DNA of 64,000 nt. Origin: Octopus sinensis. Taxonomy: Eukaryota. Location of the stretch: the NCBI RefSeq assembly GCF_006345805.1, contig NC_043004.1, forward strand, positions 58,714,001 to 58,778,000. The letters run 5' to 3'. Positions 39,935 to 53,335 of the stretch are shown in pieces (the first letter of the stretch is position 1; every line of letters starts with the position of its first letter). Below the pieces are notes generated by a model. That model made no database searches. It saw only the letters and a list, made by a program, of their open reading frames with translations, and was not told where the DNA came from. Position numbers and translations under genes: made by a program.

Positions 39935-40425
39935 AAATCAAATTCGATGACGTGATCGTTGATAGAGCAGCTAACCGGCTTCCGTGACAGTGGCACATAA
40001 AAGGCAGCATTCAAGTGTGATCGTTACCAGCATCACCTTACTGGCACTTGTGCCCGTGCTTGTAGGGTGCCAAGAGCACCATCTGAGTGTGATTGTTGCC
40101 AGAGCAGTGGCACGTAAAAGGCACCATTCGAGCATGATCGTTACCAGCGTCACCTTACTGGCACCTGAGCCGGTGTCATGTGTAAAAAGATTTGAGCGAA
40201 GTTGTTGCCAATACCACCTGACTGGCCACATGCCGGTGGCATGTAAAAAGCACCCACTATACTCTCGGAGTGGTTGGCATTAGGAAAGGCATCCAGCTGT
40301 AGAAACTCTGCCAGATCAAGATTGGAGCCTGGTGCACCCATCTGGTTCACCAGACCTCAGTCAAAATCGTCCAGCCCATGCTAGCATGGAAAACAGACGT
40401 TAAACGATGATGATGATGATGATGA
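39935..40425 (+). mobile_element. RTE 3'UTR fragment with internal tandem motifs and (GAT)n tail
   Basis: Repeated gtggcacgtaaaa.gcacc motif; same terminal sequence as 55700-55870. Confidence 0.7.
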
Positions 40426-40791
40426 TATATATATACTTGTAGGTCAATTATTTACAGAAATATTTTCTTGCATATTTGGGTGATAATACGTATCTATAAC
40501 CAATTGATAAAAGAGGTAGGCTATAAGAATAGCTGATTGATTTTGATTCATATGATACATATTGCTGCACTTCAATGATTTATTTTTGAATAAATAAACT
40601 ATAAGACAGCTATAAAATAAACAATAAACAAGTAAAAATGAAACAGCATGGAAAATATAAAGGAGTTAGTTTTAAAATAAATTAAGTATAAAAAAAGAGT
40701 AGCCTAATCAAAAAGAATGGCTCAAACTAATTTGTCAGAAAATATTAGTATTCTAATAATAAGAGATAAAATGATAAATGTCTATACAATA

Positions 40792-40836
<45 letters not shown>

Positions 40837-40889
40837 ATATATATATATGTGTGTTAATATATATATATATATATATGTATATTTATATC

Positions 40890-40922
<33 letters not shown>

Positions 40923-40946
40923 CACACACACACCACATATATATAC

Positions 40947-41015
<69 letters not shown>

Positions 41016-41903
41016 ATAAAGGTAATGAACAATGAGAACCATGTAGTAAAACGAAGCATAATTACCAAAAAGTAATTGAAAACTTGAAAATTAAACCTAC
41101 TAAAAAAAAAAAAGAAAGAAAAAAATAGAAGATAAAAGAAAATGAAGTCAAAAAGAAAAATGTTCTAAATCAGAAAAGTAATATGTGAGAATGAAGCAAT
41201 TAAGTCCAATGCTGGGAAACTAAACAAAGGAATTTGAACAACAATCACTAAGAATAGGAAATTTAGCTTCTTGTTATTGACAGTGAACAAAAGAGGGTTG
41301 TGACATTGAGATTTAACCAGATAAGATATCTTTTAAGAAATAATCTCATGCTGTTGTTGCAGCTCTTGATGTTGTTGCTTATGTAGTAGTTGTTGCTTTT
41401 GTTATTGTTGTTGTTGTTAACTGGATGAAAACTCAAGAATATAGTCCTTGTAACAAATCTGAAGAATCCATTGTGTTTATGAAATTGTATAGCGTCAATA
41501 TAATTCTGTAATATTTTATAAATGTAGGGGAGAAACGATAAGAGATATCGCCCGTAGCATTGAAAGTAATATAAAGAGAATTTATCAGATTCAGCCAATA
41601 GTATACGTATATAAATTTTTTTTTTAATTATGTGTGTGTGTGTGTGTGTGTATTTATGTGATGTATGCATATATTTACACCCAGTTATGTCCATGTATGT
41701 ATGTTTTTGTTGGTTTTATTTTTATGAATTTCTCACTAATGGAGAAAGATGGGGTTTTTTTTAGCCTAGAAACAAGATTCTTTCCTTAGATGTTAGATAT
41801 CAACAGGATAGTCTTGTATGTGTATGCACATGTATATACATATACATATATATACATGTATATACATATACATATATATACACTCACACGCACATACACA
41901 TAT

Positions 41904-41952
<49 letters not shown>

Positions 41953-41961
41953 TACACATAT

Positions 41962-42017
<56 letters not shown>

Positions 42018-42780
42018 GCATGTATATATACATGTATGTATGTATGTATGGATGGATGGATGGATGGATGGATGGATAGATGTATGCATGCATGTATGTG
42101 TGTAAGTATGTATGCATGCATGTACATATGTATGTAATGTATGTCTTATGTATTATGTATGTATATATGCATGTAAATACATATGTATGTATGTGTGTGC
42201 ATATGTGTGTGTATGGGCATATGTGTGTCTCTATATGTATGTACACATGTATGTACATTTATATGTATATGTGTGTTTATGTATGTATATACATATACAT
42301 ATATATTTGTGTATGTATATATGTATGCATGCACACTTGTATGTATAAATGTGCATTCATTTGATGCCGACACAGATATCATTACATATGTTGGTATTAC
42401 ACACTAAAGTTTTGAGGTCGATAAAATAAGTACCAGTTGAGTAATGGGGGTGAATGTGAGGTAACCCCTCCCCCAAAGTTGCTGGCCTTGAGCCAAAATT
42501 TGAAATCAATATTACATGCTAAACTTGTTGAATCCTTTTCATATTTTGATAATACCTTTGATAGCTTGAAGCTGTAACCACTTGATCAGGGAAGTTCTTT
42601 CTGGGTTTGTAAGAACCCAACTTCTCAAAATTTGTATAGATGCAGTGTGTGATATAAATAATTGTTCCAATAATTATAGATGAAAAATCTAAAGCTCTTG
42701 TCCAGGTGGAGAAACTTCAGATTTCTCATCAGCTGGGCATAATCATTGATATTCTAAATGAAGTTGAAAGAAAGAACATA

Positions 42781-43273
42781 GGCGCAGGAGTGGCTGTGTG
42801 GTAAGTAGCTTGCTAACCAGCCACATGGTTCCGGGTTCAGTCCCACTGCGTGGCATCTTGGGCAAATGTCTTCTGCTATAGCCCCGGGCCAACCAATGCT
42901 TGTGAGTGGATTTGGTAGACGGAAACTGAAAGAAGCCTGTCGTATATATGTATATTATGTTTATGTTTTCCAGTTTCAGCTCTTGAGCTGTGGCCATGCT
43001 GGGGCACCGCCATTTGCTGGGGCACCGCCTACATATATATATATATATGTGTGTGTGTATGTGTTTATGTGTCTGTGTTTGTCTCCCTAGCATTGCTTGA
43101 CAACTGATGCTGTGTGATTACGTCCCCGTCACCTAGCGGTTCGGCAAAAAGAGACCGATAGAATAAGTACTGGGCTTACAAAGAATAAGTCCTGGGGTTG
43201 ATTTGCTCGACTAAAGGCGTGCTCCAGCATGGCCGCAGTCAAATGACTGAAACAAGTAAATGAGTAAAAGAGT
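42781..43273 (+). mobile_element. SINE family A copy containing an inserted CR1-type 3' tail (42970-43029, minus)
   Basis: Full-length SINE; the insert reads ggcggtgccccagcatggccacagctcaagagctgaaact on the minus strand. Confidence 0.88.
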
Positions 43274-43345
43274 ATAAAACTCCAAACTTACAGGGAAAAA
43301 TTCAATTGCAATAATTTAGTGCAAATCAAATTTCACAGTATAAAT

Positions 43346-43740
43346 AAAATATAAATTAGAGATAAAACCACTATTATGCAACTCAAACAGTGATAGACAT
43401 AAACCAATATGTATATATATAAATTAATTTTTTTTTAATGAATGATAATATAATATGTAAAAACACTACGTACATTTCATGGCTACAATTAAATTCAAAT
43501 TACAATTAAGTTTAAATTCAATTGAAGATTGACTATAATTTTAAATCGAATTTATTTCAATTGAATTTAAACTTATTTGTAATTCGAATTTAATTGTAGC
43601 CATGTGTTTTTTTACATATTATATTATATTTTTATCATTCATTTAAAAAAAAATTATTTATGTATATACATATTGGTTATTTATGTATTGGTTTATGTCT
43701 ATCACTGTTTGAGTTGCAATAAAAGTGGTTTTATCTCTAA

Positions 43741-43750
<10 letters not shown>
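43346..43750. mobile_element. AT-rich foldback MITE
   Basis: ~185-bp imperfect inverted arms (tataaattagagataaaaccact... / ...agtggttttatctctaatttata), TA-flanked. Confidence 0.78.
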
Positions 43751-43780
<30 letters not shown>

Positions 43781-44201
43781 TATGATAAAAGGCAGATTTT
43801 CTCTGCCTCCCACATAGTTTGTTTTTAATACAATTGTACAATATACAATTTCTTCAATTGGAATTTACCTATGATTTTTCGAAGTAGATTCGATTGGGTC
43901 ATGGCATATACATTTTTTCAATTTCACCCCCAATTCAGCAAAAATTCAAGAAAACTCAATATTTTACGATTTGCCTCTCTCATTTCAAATGCTTTACTCC
44001 TGCTACTACCACACTTTCTCCTACAGATCACACATTCTGCTACTTTCTCTTATTAATGCTTAAACCAATCCTCAAAAGAAAAAAAAAGGAAACAGACATC
44101 TGTCGCTAACTTTTGGTAGTATTCATTGGCGAGCATACTTCAGTTGTCAATTGTTGAAAGAAAGAAATTGTAAGCTAAGAAGGTGTGTATGTGTGCGTGC
44201 G

Positions 44202-44257
<56 letters not shown>

Positions 44258-44277
44258 GTATTAATGTGTGTGTGTTA

Positions 44278-44666
44278 TCTCTCTATATAAAGCTGAAGTT
44301 GTCTGTGTGCGGCAGGTTTGGTAGCCTTCAACTAACACTATCTCCTCCGAGACCCTGCGACGCAAGTTGACCAAAATTGAGAGTATTATAGAAGAAGGGT
44401 TGCTCTTCCTTCCATAGAAGGTAAAATTCAAATCGGACCATGTTAACACCAAAAATTATTTACATCAAAAAGGTGCATTTTTCTATGAAAATCCCTATTT
44501 TTTACGATTTTTTCACTGCTGTGTCGCCACTTTTCGGTGTATTTCAACCAGAAAAATGTTCACTTGAAGAGAATAACAAGCTACATAATGCAAATCTTTT
44601 ACTTTTCAAAAATTCCAATTCCAGCGGGTCGAAACAAACCCGAGCAACACCGGGCGATACTGCTAG
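44278..44666 (+). mobile_element. Non-autonomous Helitron, second subfamily
   Basis: A|TC start, cccgagcaacaccggg hairpin then CTAG|T end; interior differs from the other two copies. Confidence 0.82.
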
Positions 44667-45400
44667 TATATATATATATATATATATATTATGTATGTAT
44701 GTATGTATGTATGTATGTATGTATGTATGTATGTGTATCTGTATGTATGTGTATCTGTATGTATGTATGCATGTATGTATGTATGTATGTATGTATGTAT
44801 GTGTATCTGTATGTATGTGTATCTGTATGTATGTATGTATGTATGTATGTATGTATCTGTATGTATGTATGCATGTATGTCCATCTGTCATTATTCAGTT
44901 TTATTTCAAGATTTCTTGCCAATAGAGAAAGAGCAGGATATTTAACTTAGATCCAAGGCTCCTTCATTGGAATTTCAACATCAACAGGGTATATTTGTAT
45001 GTATGTATATATGTATATGTGCAGACTTGTGTTTTATTTTATATATGTACTCTCATGCATATAGCAGTATGTCTAGACATGCTTATATATACTTAAATGA
45101 CAAAATTCTGGAAAATTTTACAGATTTTTATAGTGTGTGTGTATGTGTGTATATGTATGTACGTATGTATGTCTCTACAATATTTAATCATTTAAATTCT
45201 TCCTTAGAAGAAGGAGCTGCTTTCTGACAATGATACAAGGCTCCATCTTTGGAATATAGATAAGAAAAGCAATGTCATATTTTAAACCTGAGAAAAGTCT
45301 TGCAGAGCTTTACTGTTCCACTTACAGATTGTATTTGTTATATGCGAATTACTAAGTATGTATATATGCATGCATGCATGTAAATATGTATGTATGTATA

Positions 45401-45808
45401 CTCTTTACTCTTTTACTTGTTTCAGTCATTTGACTACGGCCATGCTGGAGCACCGCCTTTAGTCGAGCAAATCAACCCCGGGACTTATTCTTTGTAAGCC
45501 CAGTACTTATTCTATCAGTCTCTTTTGCCAAACCGCTAAGTAACGGGGACGTAAACACACCAGCATCGGTTGTCAAGCAATGCTAGGGGGACAAACACAG
45601 ACACACAAACACACACACATACATATATATATATATACATATATACGACAGGCTTCTTTCAGTTTCCGTCTACCAAATCCACTCACAAGGCATTGGTCGG
45701 CCCGGGGCTATAGCAGAAGACACTTGCCCAAGATGCCACACTGTGGGACTGAACCCGGAACCATGTGGTTGTTTAGCAAGCTACTTACCACACAGCCACT
45801 CCTGCGCC
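45401..45808 (-). mobile_element. SINE family A copy
   Basis: Full length; shares a 31-bp 5' flank with the copy at 42781. Confidence 0.9.
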
Positions 45809-46185
45809 TATGTTCTTTCTTTCAACTTCATTTAGAATAAATTTTGACCGGTTACCTACTCGGTAGCAAGGTTGTGAAGGAAAAGTATCTTGTTTTAATC
45901 AACATCCTTTAAATCTTAAGAGGGTCTTTCAGATTTCTATAGTCCATGATATTGTGATCATTTGTAACGTATGAATTCTGGACATGCAGACTCTCCCCAA
46001 GATCTCAAGTCCAGCCATAGTATGTATGTATGTATCATCTGGCTCCTCTTCCTCCTCCTCCTCGTCATCATCATATAACATCCACTTTCCATGTTGGCAT
46101 GGGTAGGGTGGTTTGGCAGGAAACCAGTGAGCTGTAGGGCTGCATCTAGCTCCTGTGTATGTGCATGCATGTATATATGAAGACA

Positions 46186-46580
46186 GAGTGGAGGTGCAAT
46201 GGCCCAGAGTGGAGGCGCAATGGGCAGCGGACTCACGGTCATAGGTTCGTGGTTTCGATTCCCAGACCGGGCGTTGTGAGTGTTTATTGAGTGAAAACAC
46301 CTAAAGCTCCATGAGGCTCCGGCAGGGGATGGTGGTGATCCCTGCTGTACTCTTTCACCACAACTTTCTCTCACTCTTACTTCCTGTTTCTGTTGTACCT
46401 GTATTTCAAAGGGCCCGCCTTGTCACTGTCTGTGTCACGCTGAATATCCCCAAGAACTGCGTTAAGGGTACACGTGTCTGTGGAGTGCTCAGCCACTTAC
46501 ACGTTAATTTCACGAGCAGGCTGTTCCATTGATCGGATCAACCGGAACCCTCGTCGTCGTAACTGACGGAGTGCTTCCAA
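46186..46580 (+). mobile_element. tRNA-derived SINE (family D)
   Basis: ggaggcgcaatgg head (locally duplicated), B box ggtttcgattcc, GC-rich body, tail cctcgtcgtcgtaactgacggagtgcttcca. Confidence 0.7.
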
Positions 46581-47570
46581 TTCCAAATAGGAAGACAGAG
46601 GGCAGAATGAATATATATTGTGAATAAATAAAATGTATCTATGCAAGAAATCAAATAAGTAGCAGTCAAGTTAATAACCTGGAATGTCTACCAATAAAAG
46701 ACATTGACAATTTTTGATATCCAATAAAGGAAAATAGAAAAATCTATAAAAAAAAAATACTCCATGTGGATCATTGCAGTCAAAGAAAAACTGAAAGATA
46801 TAGAAATATAGCATTTTTCATTTGGTTAATATTCTTGGAGCTCTGTCTGTTGCATAGAACTGTTTTCCTTTCCAACCAAAGAATTTTTTTTTTTCCGTTC
46901 CAAAAACTCACTTGAAAATTTTCCTTTTTATTTTAGATCAATATATTGACTAGCAATAAAATTTATTGGAAAAATGAACAATAAAAAAAAGAAAAAAATC
47001 TGTGTACATCTTATGTGCCTTTATCAAATTGTGATTATATTTAATATGAAATGTTTCAATAAATTTCTAATATAATTATGTAATTAAAATTTTTTAAGGG
47101 ATTGAATAAGATATCTGTAACCTTGGTTCGTTTTATGGTTGTTGTTCCAAGCTAACAGGGGTCAGACAAATAATTATTGTGGTATTATTTTACAGACGGA
47201 TAATCTTCCTGTCCCTAGATTTTGCCTATTTTTCAAGTTAAATTTTCTTCTTAAATATGCATATCTTTGAAGAAGCAACATCTAATCACCACCATTGTTT
47301 TTCTATGCTGACATGGATTGATATAACTTAGAGGACAACCTTATAAGCAAGAACTAATTAGCCAACAATTTCAAAGGTTGTTTGATAGTTGATTAACTCA
47401 AACCAGTACTTGATTGGTACTTTAATTTATTGACTCTAGAGGTAACGAAAGGCAAAGTTCAGCTCAGCAAAATTTTATCTCTCCATGCAAATAACTGGGA
47501 AAAATACTGCAAGACATTTTGTCTGGAAACCCTACAACTATGTCAATCTAGCACCCTAATAATAATAATG

Positions 47571-47625
<55 letters not shown>

Positions 47626-47627
<2 letters not shown>

Positions 47628-47915
47628 GCCCTGATGCAGTACCAGACAGTGGCTCTCATGGCTTCTGATCTTAACTGGTTGGAAGTGTTACCTTTTGAGC
47701 GGGATGGACAACTTGACCAGAAGAAAATTCTAACTGGGCCCCACCTGCAAGGTCATGCACTGTTTAACTTGATATGAGATCACCATGTCGCATACATTTG
47801 GTTGTGATGCATGTGCCTGGTGTACCCTTATCAGACGGGTAGTCATGATGGGCATACTGGGCTTTGTATATTTTACCCCAGTGTCACTTTGATGGCATGC
47901 ACTGCTCTCTCACTC
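47626..47915 (+). mobile_element. Non-coding repeat flanked by (TAA)n on both sides
   Basis: atgccctgatgcagtacc...ctctctcactc; both ends recur on the minus strand at 53336-53690 and 53711-53882, again against (TAT)n. Confidence 0.7.
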
Positions 47916-47928
47916 AATAATAATAATA

Positions 47929-47971
<43 letters not shown>

Positions 47972-48267
47972 TAATAATAATAATAATAATAATCATCATC
48001 ATCATCATCAACATCATAATCCTTTCTACTGTTGGCACATGGCTTGAAATTTAGGCAAGGGGGATAGTCAATTACATTGACCCCAATGTTCAACTGGTAC
48101 TTATTTTATTGACCCCAAAAGGATGAAAGAGAAAGTCGACCTTGGCAGAATGTGAATAATAATAATAATGATAATAATGATGATGATGATGATGATAAGT
48201 ACAAAATTAATAGTAATGGTTTCTGATTTTGGCACAAGACTGGCAATGAGTGAGGTTAATCAATACT

Positions 48268-48486
48268 TATTTCTTTATTACCCACAAGGGGCTAAACACA
48301 GAGGGGACAAACAAAGACAGACATAGGTATTAAGTCGATTACATCGACCCCAGTGCGTAACTGGTACTTAATTTATCGACCCCGAAAGGATGAAAGGCAA
48401 AGTCGACCTCAGCAGAATTTGAACTCACAACGTAACGCAGACGAAATACCGCTAAGCATTTCGCCCGGCGTTCTAACGTCTCTGCC
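48268..48486 (-). mobile_element. SINE family B copy
   Basis: Homologous to 20387-20616. Confidence 0.82.
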
Positions 48487-48874
48487 TTCAATTTAAAAAA
48501 AAATTTTTTTTTTTATTATTCAATACTGCTGATCCCAGGGTATGACTGGTATTTTATTTTAACGAACTTGGAACGATGAAAGAAGTTGACTATGCTGGGA
48601 TTTGAATTCAGAATGAAATGATGAGGAGGGGGCAGGAGGAGGAGGAAGAAGAAGAAGAATTTTTGTAATGGAGGCACAAAGCCTAAAATTCAGTGTGGGG
48701 GGGGAGTGGGGGTCAGGAATAGTTGATTATATCGAAATCTGTTCCTCCCCATGTACTTATTTTATCAATCTGAGAAAGGATGAAAGGCAAAGTTGATCTC
48801 AATGCAAAGCATTTTTTTACAGTATTCCAACGGTTCTACTAACTTGCCAAGCTGGTGAGGATGGAGGATGGATG

Positions 48875-49056
48875 GAAGGATGATGATGATGATGGTGATG
48901 GTGGCGGTAATGATGGTCATGATGATGAGGATGGTAGTGGTGGTGGTGGTGGGGATGATGATGATGATGATAGTGGTGGTGATGGTGGTAGTGATGACGA
49001 TAATGATGATGATGATGGTGATGATAACGATGGTGATGATGATGATGGTGATGGTG

Positions 49057-49088
<32 letters not shown>

Positions 49089-49355
49089 GGTGGCAGTGAT
49101 GGTGGCGGTAATGATGGTCATGATGATGGTGATAGTCATGATGATGATGATGATAGTGGTGGTGATGGTGGTAGTGATGACGATAATGATGATGATGATG
49201 GTGATGATAACGATGGTGATGATGATGATGGTGATGGTGATGTTGATGATGATGATGATGGTGGTGGTGATGATAATGGCAATGGTGGTGGTGATGATGA
49301 TGATGATGGTGGTGGTGGTAGTGGTGGTGATAACGATGGTGATGATGATGACTTC
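48875..49355. repeat. (GAT/GGT)n low-complexity tract with an internal ~180-bp duplication
   Basis: Block gatagtggtggtgatggtggtagtgatgacgataat... occurs at ~48967 and ~49150. Confidence 0.9.
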
Positions 49356-49844
49356 TTTTAATGATAATAATAATCATAAGAAGAAGAAAAATAACAATAA
49401 CAATAATAAGCCAAAGAAGAAAAAAGATTGTAATCAGAAGATAATAGCAAAGGAGTGTGAAAGGGAAGCGGAGGGAGATTAAGGGAGAGGATTAAGAGAG
49501 GAGAAGGAAGAAAATAACATGTATTTATAGCATGGGTAACCAACCAATGCAATGCGAGTTTCATTGCATTGCAAGAAGAAGAAGGAGTTGGCACTATAGG
49601 TATCAAGAACTTCCTTTAAAGAATCCTGTAAGAAAAAAGAAGAAACAAAACTAAGAAAAAAAGAAAGATAGAAAGAAAGAAAGAAAGAAAAGAAGTAACT
49701 GAAATCAAAGAACACCTGAAGCAAGAGATCTTTGTTAATCACAAATGATTCTTTGAACAAAGGAAAGCAGTTTAACTCCAATTCAAAGTGATTTTACTAC
49801 CAATTAGGAAAAAAAAATAGCCAAAAACCAAAATAAAACTATAA

Positions 49845-50190
49845 AGTCATGAATCCAGTGCCAACAGCAAGAGTAATAGAAGAATTTTTAGGAGCTGTAT
49901 GGACAATGAAAGGGTTGCTGCCATGGATAAGAGTGTTCGAAAGTGCAGTAGTTGAACACTCTTCTGAAGCAATAAAAACAGATGTGCCTCAGAAACTACA
50001 ATAAATGAACTGCTAAGCATTGAGGAATGATAAAATTTTAAACATCAGGTTAAAATATCTAACAGATACACATAAACCAATTGCAGAAATATCTAATGAA
50101 AAAAAGCATTTAGATCAGTTCAAAAATGTCTGTAACATATTTGACGTGTGCGAAAGGATGTATCCACTGCTTCATGCCATAGAGAAGAAT
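49845..50190 (+). mobile_element. Highly decayed R4/Dong-like RT fragment
   Basis: IEEFLGAVW and NDKILNIRLKYLTDTHKPIAE align by eye with EEFWGEIW and HDKIHNFWLKYLTGMHKKLAE of the adjacent element. Confidence 0.55.
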
Positions 50191-50476
50191 TTTTGCTTTA
50201 GGGAAATAGGTATTATTATCATTATTTTCATTACCTTCTTCTTTCAATTCTGTTTCCATTACTTGCCGAGTGTCTTCCTGACACCTAGGGCAGAGAAATG
50301 CACTGTATACATTGGTAGGCCATTAAAGTAAAAACACCAAATTGTCCATTTACAAGGTCATGTGATAGAGAAAAAAGGGAAGAAAGATAGAGAGAAAGAA
50401 TAAAAAAAAACAAGAAATAAAAAAGTAAACAAAGAATACAAAGAAAATTATAATTATTATTATTATTATTATTATT

Positions 50477-53013
50477 CAGTAGTTTTATTTTTATAGCGTG
50501 CTTTCACTTCACTACCGAGCGCAGCTCTGTGTGCTTTGGGTATGTGCTGTGATTTGTTGTGATGCTCTGATGGTTATTGTATGGAAAGTGTTCTGCGTAG
50601 GATGTGTGCAGTGCCTAGTAGTGCAATTTTCTGTATGTTATATGTGTTTGTAAGTCCTGGTGTTTTTGTTATGTATTTGTCTGAATATTTTTTTATCATG
50701 CCTAATGCACCTACTATGATAGGAATTGTTTCTGTTTTCAGGTTCCACATTCTAGTTACCTCTATTTCCAGGTCTTTGTATTTTGAGAGTTTCTCCATTT
50801 CTTTTAGAGACACGTTGACATCTGCCGGTATTGATACATCAATTAGAAAGCATTTTTTTCTTCATGATCTCTGACAACTATATCTGGTCTGTTGGCCTTA
50901 ATTTCTCTATCTGTGTGTATCGGCATATCCCAGAGTATGGTTGCTTTCTCGTTTTCTGTGACCTTTTCTGGTGTGTGCCTATACCATCTTTTTTCTGTTG
51001 TTATTCCATAATGTTGGCATAGCTTCCAATGTATGTAGGTTCCAACTCTGTCATGTCTGTGAATATATTCCTTCTTAGCCAGGACTGGGCAGCTAGAGAT
51101 AATATGATTTATTGTTTCTTGTCCATCTCCACATATTCTGCAGTTACTTGTAATATTTCTTTTCATTACATGTTTTTGGTAATTTCTGGTGGGGAGACTT
51201 TGGTCTTGTGCTGCAATTAAAAATCCCTCTGTTTCTGCTTTGAGTCCTGAGCTTCTCAACCATTGCTGGAATTTTTCTTTGTCTATTTCTTTTGCGTTTA
51301 GTTTAGTGCAGTATTTACCATGAAGGGGCTTTTCTTGCCATCGTTTTATCATGGCTCGTTGCTGTTCTATTTTTAGTTTGGATTTCATTTGTTTTATAGC
51401 TTTTGTTGTTTCTTCATCATCTTCTTCTTCTTCTTTGTGTTTATTAGGTGGTATGATTTCTTGTTTGTATTTGTCAGCTTCCTTAAATACTGAGAACAGT
51501 TTTTTGTTTTGCTCGTGTTTTGCTGCTATCTGGATCAGTTTTCCTTCCTTCTGAAGTAGGTATTTTTGCAGTCCTATGGTGGTTATTTTATAGTAGTTTT
51601 CCAGCTGTATAAGGCCTCTACCACCTTCTATACGTTGTATATATAGTCTTTCTATGTCAGATTTTGGGTGATGCATCCTAGATCCTGTCAGTATTTTTCT
51701 TGTTTTCCTATCTATTTTGGACAGTTCATTTCGTGTCCAGTTAAGGATATTGTAGCTGTAACTTATAACTGGGACAGCTAAAGTGTTGATACCTATTATC
51801 TTGTTTTTAGCATTGAGCTCTGTTTTTAGTATTGATCTAACTCGTCTATAATATTCTTTTTTTATTTTCTCTTTCATTTGTGTGTGTTGTGTCTTATCTA
51901 GTTCATGGATTCCTAAGTATTTGTAAGTTTGGCTTTGGTCTAATTCTTTTATTTCATTGGTTTTATCTAGTGTGATGTTACTCTTAACTAGTTTTCCTCT
52001 TTTCATGGTTACTTTGGCACATTTTTCTAATCCAAATTTCATATCTATTTCTTTGGTAAATCCATGAACTGTCTTTAATAGTGTTTCCAGCTGTTTGTCA
52101 TTTGCAGCGTATAGTTTTAGGTCATCCATATATAAAAGGTGGCTGATCATTTTGCCGTAACATTTATATCTGCATCCAGTTCTATTTAGCATATCAGATA
52201 GAGGTGACAGTGCCAAGCAGAAAAGGAGTGGAGAGAGCGTGTCTCCCTGGAATATTCCTCTTCTAATGGGGATGTCTTTGGTTTTCATGAGTCCCTCTTT
52301 TGTTTGGAGGTGTAGGACTGTTTGCCATTTATTCATAGAGTGTTTTATGAATTTTATGATTGTTGGTGCTACTTTGTTAATGGCTAGTGTTTCGAGGATC
52401 CATGTGTGGGGGATGCTATCAAACGCCTTTTTGTAGTCAATCCAGGCCATACTGAGGCCTTTCTTCTTTCTGTGGCTGTCTTCAGTTAGGGCTTTATTAA
52501 TCATTAGTTGATTTTTACAGCCATATGAGCCCTTGCGGCATCCTTTCTGCTCTTCTGGGAACAGTTTGTTTTCGTCCAGGTGCTTGTTCAGCCTTTGCGA
52601 TATCACTGCAGTAAATGCCTTGAACATAGTAGGGAGGCAGGTTATTGGTCTGTAGTTTTCTGGTTTTGTTGTTTCATTTGATTTGGGAATTATGATGGTT
52701 TTCCCCTTCGTGAGCCATTCAGGCATTGTCTCTGGCTCTGCTAGTATGCTGTTAAAGTTTTCAGCCAGCTTTTTGTGCATTCCTGTTAGATATTTCAACC
52801 AGAAGTTGTGGATCTTGTCATGCCCAGGTGCCTTCCAGTTGCTTAGTTTTTGCAGTGCCTGGGTGACCTCTTCAGTTGTTATGAGGGTCCAAAGTTGTTC
52901 AGATGCCGAGTTTGTTATTTTCATACTCCTTTTTTTTGGCTGTTCGTTCGCCGACCATATTTCTCCCCAGAATTCTTCCAATTCTTCTGCCGTTGGTGCT
53001 GCAGTGACTTCTA
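50477..53013 (-). mobile_element. R4/Dong-clade RLE non-LTR retrotransposon, 5' truncated, inserted in (TAA)n
   Basis: RT, CCHC knuckle and RLE domains; ~100-bp 3'UTR; (TAT)n at 50453-50476 and 53028-53080. Confidence 0.93.
50574..52981 (-). CDS. Reverse transcriptase - CCHC - restriction-like endonuclease polyprotein; partial, with one frameshift
   Basis: NYRPITCLPT, WIDYKKAFDSIPH, GIFQGDTLSPLLF, LLYMDDLKLY, CRICGDGQETINHIISSC, RHD, RPDIVV. Adding one A to the A7 run at 50853-50859 joins KCFLIDVSIPAD...EKLSKYKDL to the 50574-50813 frame. Frame is open up to the truncation point. Confidence 0.92.
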
Positions 53014-53018
53014 TTTTA

Positions 53019-53079
<61 letters not shown>

Positions 53080-53082
53080 TAA

Positions 53083-53295
53083 GGCCGCGAGATGGCAGAA
53101 TTGTTAGCATGCCAGGCAAAATGCTTAGCGGTATTTCGACTGTTGCTATGTTCTGAGTTCAAATTCTGCTGAGGTCGACTTTGCCTTTTATCCTTCTGGA
53201 GTCAATAAATTAAGTATCTGTGAAAATTGGGGTCGATGTAATTGACACATCCCTCCTCCAAAATAGCTGCCCTTGTGACAAAATTTGAAACCATT
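53083..53295 (+). mobile_element. SINE family B-related copy
   Basis: ggccgcgagatggcagaa...gagttcaaattc...gcctt tail variant. Confidence 0.75.
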
Positions 53296-53335
53296 TAGAA
53301 TTTTCTTCTGAGCCCAGTTAGAATTTTCTTCTGGT

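Noticed and set aside
48817-49482. His-rich (-) and Asp/Gly-rich (+) long ORFs, reminiscent of metal-binding or beak proteins
   Set aside because: Several frames are open across a (GAT/GGT)n tract flanked by SINE pieces; no signal peptide or splice sites; explained as low-complexity DNA.
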